Below are positions 10,834 to 17,470 of a stretch of DNA of 17,470 nucleotides, piece by piece. The notes under the pieces are model-generated. The model had not been told where the DNA came from, did no database searches, and saw nothing but the letters and a program-made list of their open reading frames with translations. Both the position numbers and the translations under genes were made by a program. Each line of letters starts with the position of its first letter. Position 1 is the first letter of the stretch. Where the stretch lies: assembly GCF_006345805.1 (NCBI RefSeq), contig NW_021825274.1, positions 1-17,470 on the forward strand, written 5' to 3'. This DNA comes from Octopus sinensis (taxonomy: Eukaryota).

Positions 10834-11539
10834 GGTAGTGCTGATTTCAACTCCTCTTCTGGAGAAAGTTATACTGAACTTACTTTTTACCTTTCTTACA
10901 ACATATCCAGATTCCATATCGGCTAAATAAGTTTTCAGTACTAATCACATCTATTAGCAAACATTCTTTGATGAACAAAAAAATAAACAGTAGTTAAGAT
11001 ATAACTACTACTTTTTAGTAAGCATCTATGTCTTACATGTGCAGGCATGGAAACATTGTGTTCCAGAAAATATTGCTGCAGCATGGAATCCTGTAATGAG
11101 AAATGTATTCTTTATTTAGCTTCATGCTCATTAACTCCCATGAAACATGGAAACAATGGAAACCAAGTTCCCATTGTTAGATAGTTCTATTTCCACAGTC
11201 CAGTCTATTCTGTTAGTCTGTGGTTGTTGTGTGCAGAACTAGGCCAGCTCTACGCAAGCAAACCTGTGGCATGACCAAGTTTAAAAACTGCTGGATCTCA
11301 CTCATAAGGGAACCTTACATTGTGTATAAACTCAATATTTGGAAGGACCCATTTTTAACTCTGGACTTTTGGACTTTACTCATAGGGTAGTTGAATATTA
11401 CATATATACCATTCTGCCTAAAAAATGGATCTACAACTTCAATATCCCTACATATCTTGCATCTATTTTCTTTCCTCCACCTCACTCTCTATTTTGTATC
11501 ACATCTAAACTAACTATGACTTAACCATCCTCTCACACC

Positions 11540-11591
11540 GTCTCCGATGAAGGGATATAATTAATAAATATCCTGGAAACAGCTGTAAGAC
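11540..11591 (+). ncRNA. Putative minimal type I hammerhead ribozyme-like motif (variant core), Penelope-like-element type
   Basis: GTCT-CCGATGA-A-GGGATAT(aattaataa)ATATCCT-G-GAAA-C(AGCT)G-TA-AGAC. Stem I is 4 bp, stem II is 7 bp, and stem III is the palindrome ACAGCTGT. It deviates from consensus by U4>C and an A.G pair at the base of stem II. Confidence 0.45.
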
Positions 11592-11834
11592 TATCTATCT
11601 ATAAATGTTCTAATATCTATACAGCCTTGTTTTTTTTTTATCTCATTACGCAAAAAATTCTTATATACACATGCTGACATAGAACCAACGTTGAATCCCT
11701 TATTCGCAAAATTACCGAACCTGGAGCTTAATTATGGTCTGTCTATAGCACTTATTCAGCATTACCTGACACCTTTGGGTCTCAATGACACCATTATCTC
11801 ATATATATATATATATACACACATATATATATAA

Positions 11835-11869
<35 letters not shown>

Positions 11870-12398
11870 TGTATGTATGTATGTATGTATGTATGTATGT
11901 ATGTATGTATGTATGTGTATGTGTGTGTATGTGTGCGTGTGTGTGTATGCATATACAAGAAACATATATCTAATATCTATAGATGAATACAACACAGACA
12001 TATGTGTCTTGTAAATATCTATCTATCTAATCTTCTCTCTTCCTCTCTCTCTAATATATATATAATATATATATTATATATAATCTATATATAATAAGAT
12101 TCATTGAATTAGGTGCTTAATTGAAAGCACCAAGCCAATTCGGTATAGTCCTCCACAGCTCCCAGTTAGGTGAACAGAATGCAAATAAGTAACAAGGATA
12201 GCTAGGCATCAATACATTACGGCCATTTCGAGCGGTTCCATTTAATCGATCACTGAAAACATTACATCGATTTGAAAGAAACTGCTCTTCTCAGGTGCAG
12301 ATGACCACATAAATTTTCAACATGAAAGATAAATCATTTAAAAAGAAATTATACCAATACTAGAAACCAAAATAATTACATTGCTTCCTTATGTTGTA

Positions 12399-12923
12399 CT
12401 AGCAGTATCGCCCGGCGTTGCTCGGGTTTGTAAGGGAAATAACTATATAAGCATTTTTAGAGAGTTACTTCCCTTATAGATGCCAATTCGGGCTTTCTTA
12501 GCCATTTCTGTTTTTGGTGTCTTCAAGCCATGAAGTCGTTGTTCTAAAAGAACGCTGGTCTCCTTGACAACGCATTACGACGATTGTTAACTTTCCTAAA
12601 CTCCCTTCCCCACAGCTTCACGAGGGAGGGAAGAAGGGGGAGAAGCAAACACAAACACAGGGTGCAGTGTTTGAGCGTGGACGCCAACTCCTCCGCCATC
12701 GACACACGAAATATTATGCATTAAAATGGAATAAAAAATGGTAAATTATTTTTAAAATCGTAGACTCATCGTAGACGCGCGCTAATAGCCAGACGGGCTC
12801 GATATTAATCACGACTATAAGATACCCGGTTTTGGTTAAGCTGCACCGCAAAATGTGGGAGGAGTTAGGAATCTAAATCGAAGGGGACAGACACTCACAC
12901 AACTACAGTTTTATATATAAAGA
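12399..12923 (-). mobile_element. Complete ~525-bp non-autonomous Helitron-like element
   Basis: On the minus strand: 5' A|TCTTTATATATAAAACTG... and 3' hairpin CCCGAGCAACGCCGGG + CGATACTG + CTAG|T. Inserted at an AT dinucleotide with no TSD. Confidence 0.78.
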
Positions 12924-13020
12924 TTTGTGACAGAATGAGTTTACAAAATAATCCATATCTTATTAAGACTACTATAATTTAGAGAGTAGCAGAGGAAAAT
13001 AGCGGCGGTCAAGAGATAGG

Positions 13021-13245
13021 TATACTCTTTACTCTCTCTTTAACTCTATTACTTGTTTCAGTCATTTGACTGCGGCCATGCTGGAGCACCGCCTTTAATC
13101 GAGCAACTCGACCTCGGGACTTATTCTTTAATGGCCAGTACTTATTCTATCGGTCTCTTTTGCCGAACCGCTAAGGAACGGGGACATAAACAACACCAGC
13201 ATCGGTTGTCAAGGAATGCTAGGGGGACAAACAACAGACACACAA

Positions 13246-13280
<35 letters not shown>
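13021..13280 (-). mobile_element. 3' half of SINE family A, truncated at its internal (CA)n(TA)n by the duplication junction
   Basis: Near-identical to 14458-14710; the tRNA head is missing. Confidence 0.88.
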
Positions 13281-13472
13281 AATATATATGTATGATGTAT
13301 GTTGTATGTATGTATGTATGTATGTATGTATGTATGTATGTATGTATGTATGTATGTGTATGTGTGTGATGTTGTGCGTGTGTGTGTATGCATATACAAG
13401 GACATATATCTATATCTATAGATGAATACACACCAGACATATGTGTCTTTGTAAATATCTATCTATCTATCT

Positions 13473-13511
<39 letters not shown>

Positions 13512-13842
13512 ATATATTATATATATATATATATATAAATTAAGATTCATTGAATTAGGTGCTTAAATTGAAGCACCAAGCCAATTCGGTATAGTCCTCA
13601 CAGCTCCCAGTTAGGTGAACAGAATGCAAATAAGTAACAAGGATAGCTAGGCCATCAATACATTACGGCACATTCGAGCGGTTCCATTTAATCGATCACT
13701 GAAAACATTACATCGATTGAAAGAAACTGCTCTTCTCAGGTGCAGATGACCACATAAATTTTCAACATGAAAGATAAATCATTTAAAAAGAAATTATACA
13801 ATACTAGAAACCAAAATAATTACATTGTTCCTTATGTTGTTA

Positions 13843-14356
13843 CTAGCAGTATCGCCCGGCGTTGCTCGGGTTTGTAAGGGAATAACTATATAAGCATTTT
13901 TAGAGAGTTACTTCCCTTATAGATGCCAATTCGGGCTTTCTTAGCCATTTCTGTTTTGGTGTGTCTCAAGCCATGAAGTCGTTGTTCTAAAAGAACGCTG
14001 GTCTCCTGACAACGCATTACGACGTTGATTTCCTTAACTCCCTTCCCCACAGCTTCACGAGGGGAGGGAAGAAGGGGGAGAAGCAACACAGGTGCAGGTG
14101 TTTGAGCGTGGACGCCAACTCCTCCGCATCGACACACGAAATATTATGCATTAAAATGGAATAAAAAATGATGTTAAATTATTTTTAAAATCGTTAGACT
14201 CATCGTAGACGCGCGCTAATAGCCAGACGGGCTCGATATTATCACGACTATAAGATACCCGGTTTTGGTTAAGCTGCACCGCAAAATGTGGGAGGAGTTA
14301 GGAATCTAAATCGAAGGGGACAGACACTCACACAACTACAGTTTTATATATAAAGA
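13843..14356 (-). mobile_element. Second copy (within the tandem duplication) of the non-autonomous Helitron-like element
   Basis: Same termini and flanks as 12399-12923. Confidence 0.78.
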
Positions 14357-14457
14357 TTTGTGACAGAATGAGTTTACAAAATAATCCATATCTTATTAAG
14401 ACTACTATAATTTAGAGAGTAGCAGCGAGGAAAATAGCGGCGGGTAAAGAGATAGGT

Positions 14458-14677
14458 ATACTCTTTACTCTCTCTTTAACTCTATTACTTGTTTCAGTCA
14501 TTTGACTGCGGCCATGCTGGAGCACCGCCTTTAATCGAGCAACTCGACCTCGGGACTTATTCTTTAATGGCCGTACTTATTCTATCGGTCTCTTTTGCCG
14601 AACCGCTAAGGAACGGACATAAACAACACCAGCATCGGTTGTCAAGGAATGCTAGGGGGACAAACACAGACACACAA

Positions 14678-14714
<37 letters not shown>

Positions 14715-14882
14715 TATACGACGGGCTTCTTTCAGTTTCCGTCTACCAAATTCCCTCACAAGGCTTTGGTCGGCCCGAGGCTATAGTAGAAGACACTTGC
14801 CCAAGGTGCCACGCTGTGGGACTGAACCCGGAACCATGTGGTTGGTAAACAAGCTACTTACCACACAGCCACTCCGACGCCT
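14458..14882 (-). mobile_element. Full-length tRNA-derived SINE, family A
   Basis: Minus-strand head aggcgtcggagTGGCTGTGTGGtaag...GGTTCAGTCCC (A and B boxes), then ttgggcaagtgtcttct.ctatagcc, internal (TA)/(TG) repeat and an (AAAGAG(T)A)n-like tail. Confidence 0.92.
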
Positions 14883-15181
14883 ATATATACACACACACAC
14901 ACACATATAGGTATGGTGAGATAGTTATTTATATTTAGAAGATTTTATGCAGCATGTAGTCTTCAACCACTTAGAATTAAATCCATTGGGAGTTGTCAAC
15001 TGTGTTCTAGTTGATGGTGATAAATCAAATTATATCAGACAATCTCGCAGACCCTTATTTTACTGGAACCATATATCTAGCTTTATCTACATAAAAGGAT
15101 ATGTCTCAGAGCTGATAGTAAGAGAATCACTTAGCAAATTTACTATATCAAATTTAGAAAAAGAATTTAAATCAATATGTA

Positions 15182-15585
15182 GGCGCAGGAGTGGCTGTGT
15201 GGTAAGTAGCTTGCTAACCAACCACATAGTTCCGGGTTCAGTCCCACTGCGTGGTATCTTGGGCAAGTGTCTTCTGCTATAGCCCCGGGCCGACCAATGC
15301 CTTGTGAGTGGATTTGGTAGACGGAAGCTGAAAGAAGCCTGTCGTATATATGTATATATATAAGTGTTTGTGTGTCTGTGTTTGTCCCCCTAGAATTGCT
15401 TGACAACCAATGCTGGTGTGTTTACGTCCCCGTCACTTAGCGATTCGGCAAATGAGACCGATAGAATAAGTACTGGGCTTACAAAGAATAAGTCCCGGGG
15501 TCGATTTGCTCGACTAAAGGCGGTGCTCCAGCATGGCCGCAGTCAAATGACTGAAACAAGTGAAAGAGTAAAAGAGTAAAGAGTA
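15182..15585 (+). mobile_element. Full-length tRNA-derived SINE, family A
   Basis: A box TGGCTGTGTGG (15192-15202), B box GGTTCAGTCCC (15235-15245), same body as 14458-14882, tail (aaagagta)n. Confidence 0.93.
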
Positions 15586-15859
15586 TAGGAAATGGATAGA
15601 AATTAAACTTAAAACCTAATAATGGGATACTTTAATACGTAAGAGAAAGCTCATAAGGTCTTTCCTAAGCATATTGTTAAGGTGGTCGTGATAAAACCTT
15701 TCCGCAATGAATGTAATGTTGAATTATATTATCATCTGAGTAGGAGTATTATAGTATATATTAAAGCAAAACAAGGATTATTATTCTCTTTAGGGGTGGA
15801 TGCGTATAAGATATTGAAATAATGGAATCGAATGTAAGGGGCAATCTAGTTAGAGTTCT

Positions 15860-15865
15860 ATATAT

Positions 15866-15909
<44 letters not shown>

Positions 15910-15919
15910 TATATATATG

Positions 15920-15952
<33 letters not shown>
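15860..15952. repeat. (TA)n microsatellite
   Basis: Directly visible. Confidence 0.95.
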
Positions 15953-15954
<2 letters not shown>

Positions 15955-15963
15955 GTAAATATA

Positions 15964-16642
15964 AGAGAGTAACCACTATGTGGTCTACTCTAGCACTAAA
16001 AATAGATCCGCTAGGTTTCAGCCACAAAAGAATGTTTCCGATGAAAGTTAGCACGACTACTAGCGCACTAAGCCACTTGGTGTTAAATGGATGTACTATT
16101 AAATTAGTATCCAATTTTCTCACCCTTATTAGTTGATTGTAATTATGCTACATTTAATTTTGGATGTAGTATCTGTTTCCGTGAATTTTGGCGGGCCGTG
16201 GCAGGGGCACTTGAATTATAACAGCGAATCCAATCGACTGGACCGCACGTGTGTTTATCGTTATGGTGAAATCTAGTGTGCGGTCGAGTAAATTGTATTC
16301 TGGACGGGTTCGGCTGAAGAGCTACAGATAAATGTTATGTGAGTAAAATTACATAATTTTATTATAGCGAACAATTGTCCTGGACTAATCTGCATTTTTG
16401 TTTTGTTTATGTTTTGCCTGTTCGTTTGCGCTAGTAGTCGTGCTAACTTTCATCGGAACAATTCTTTTGTGGCTGAAACCTAGCGGATCTATATTTAGTG
16501 CTAGAGTAGACCACATAGTGGTTACTCTCTCATATTTATGTATAAAATTTATCGTAATCCGGGTTTTTTTGCACTAAGCCACTGGTGTTAAATGGATGTA
16601 CTATTAAATTAGTATCCAAATTTCTCACCCTTATTGTTGATT
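15964..16642. repeat. Unclassified element: 104-bp inverted repeats (15964-16067 / 16427-16530) plus ~73-bp direct repeats (16065-16138 / 16571-16642)
   Basis: agagagtaaccactatgtgg...actactagcgca is the reverse complement of tgcgctagtagt...ccacatagtggttactctct. gcactaagccact...cacccttatt.gttgatt occurs twice in direct orientation. Confidence 0.9.
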
Positions 16643-16724
16643 ATATATATATGATATATATGTATATATATGTATATACTGTATATATATATATATATAT
16701 AATATATATATATATATTATATAT

Positions 16725-16772
<48 letters not shown>

Positions 16773-16802
16773 CATATATATGTATATATATATATATCTA
16801 TA
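16642..16802. repeat. (TA)n microsatellite
   Basis: Directly visible. Confidence 0.95.
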
Positions 16803-17089
16803 TAAAATATAAATATCCATTTATATGAATAAACATATATATTTGCCAGATATGTATGTTATGTTCAATGTAAAATTTTAGATGTCGCATATAAAAGCTG
16901 TCACTAAAAAAAGGTAAATAACACATCAGGCAATAGTTGTTGTACGTTGTTTAGTAGAAGCTTCTGTATTTTTTCGTACCAAAACTGTACAATCTTACAA
17001 GTTATGGAAACAAGAAAATATGTCAGCAAAAGTATTACAAATATCTAGGAAAACACGAAAAAAAAAATTGGAAAAGAAATAAATAAAAG

Positions 17090-17455
17090 AAAGAACATGA
17101 AACAAATATGAATTCATTTCGACATCATAAACAACAGCATCCACAACAGAAAACATCAACAACAACAACAGCTACAAAAAAATATCAACAGTAATATCAG
17201 TAATAGCAGTAACAATTACACGAACAAAAACAAATAAAAAAACAGTATCAGTAATAAGACCAGCAAGTGCGATTCAATGAAAAAACAGAATGTACCAACG
17301 CGAGGAAGAAGTATTAGAACAACAACGACGCTATTGCAACAGCAACTATAACGACAAACGTAGCGAATGTATTGAAAACAGCCGCAGCATCATGACAACG
17401 AAGGAAATTGAAAAATAACACTGACAACAACTCCAGCTATAGCAGTAATATCACT
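17090..17455. repeat. Degenerate (AAC/AGC/AAT)n low-complexity tract
   Basis: Recurrent aacaac, cagtaat and acaacg units with strong A/C skew. Confidence 0.7.
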
Positions 17456-17470
17456 ATCGGCAAGGAAAAA

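Larger units (their letters stand above)
11817..14710 (+). repeat. Head-to-tail tandem duplication of a ~1.44-kb unit (11817-13263 and 13264-14710)
   Basis: Colinear anchors with an offset of 1433-1441 bp. The 17-bp acacacatatatatata occurs at 11817, 13264 and 14694. Each unit holds (TATG)n, unique sequence, a Helitron-like element and a SINE tail. Confidence 0.95.

Noticed and set aside
13053-14848. Repeated ORF MFQSFDCGHAGAPPLIEQLDLGTYSL at 13053 and 14489
   Set aside because: It is the antisense translation of the SINE family A tail, repeated because of the duplication; not a gene family.
15182-15250. tRNA-like A/B boxes as possible tRNA genes (also 10604-10690)
   Set aside because: No complete cloverleaf, and the sequence continues into SINE bodies.
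14947-15282. 111-aa ORF between the inverted SINEs
   Set aside because: No recognisable homology, and its C-terminal third is SINE sequence.
16035-16070. CCGATGAA heptamer in the inverted repeat, the same variant core as the 11540 motif
   Set aside because: No stem II-GAAA-stem III follows on either copy, so it is not called as a ribozyme.
17090-17460. Possible poly-Asn/Gln/Thr coding tract
   Set aside because: No ORF of 60 aa or more is listed in the track; it is consistent with a decayed trinucleotide repeat.

Overview
Eukaryotic, AT-rich, repeat-saturated non-coding DNA with no recognisable intact host gene. It is most likely from an octopus or other coleoid cephalopod; this is inferred from the tRNA-derived SINE families and the very high (TA)n/(TATG)n/(ATCT)n load, not from a database search. 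It holds two dead non-LTR retrotransposons: a minus-strand L1-clade (Tx1-like) ORF2 relic at about 2797-5183 and a plus-strand RTE-clade relic at about 6028-8697. It also holds several copies of two tRNA-derived SINE families, several non-autonomous Helitron-like elements (TC...hairpin-CTAG), a 1.44-kb tandem duplication that may be an assembly artefact, and an unclassified inverted-plus-direct repeat structure near 16 kb. The most interesting signals are: a ~40-bp 3' tail shared by the L1/Tx1-like LINE and one SINE family (candidate SINE-LINE partnership); a minimal hammerhead-ribozyme-like motif at 11540-11591; a ~55-60-bp duplication flanking the RTE element; and the Penelope-like architecture at 15964-16642. 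Most short ORFs in the ORF track are microsatellite or repeat artefacts. No prokaryotic features, CRISPR, rRNA or true tRNA genes were seen.
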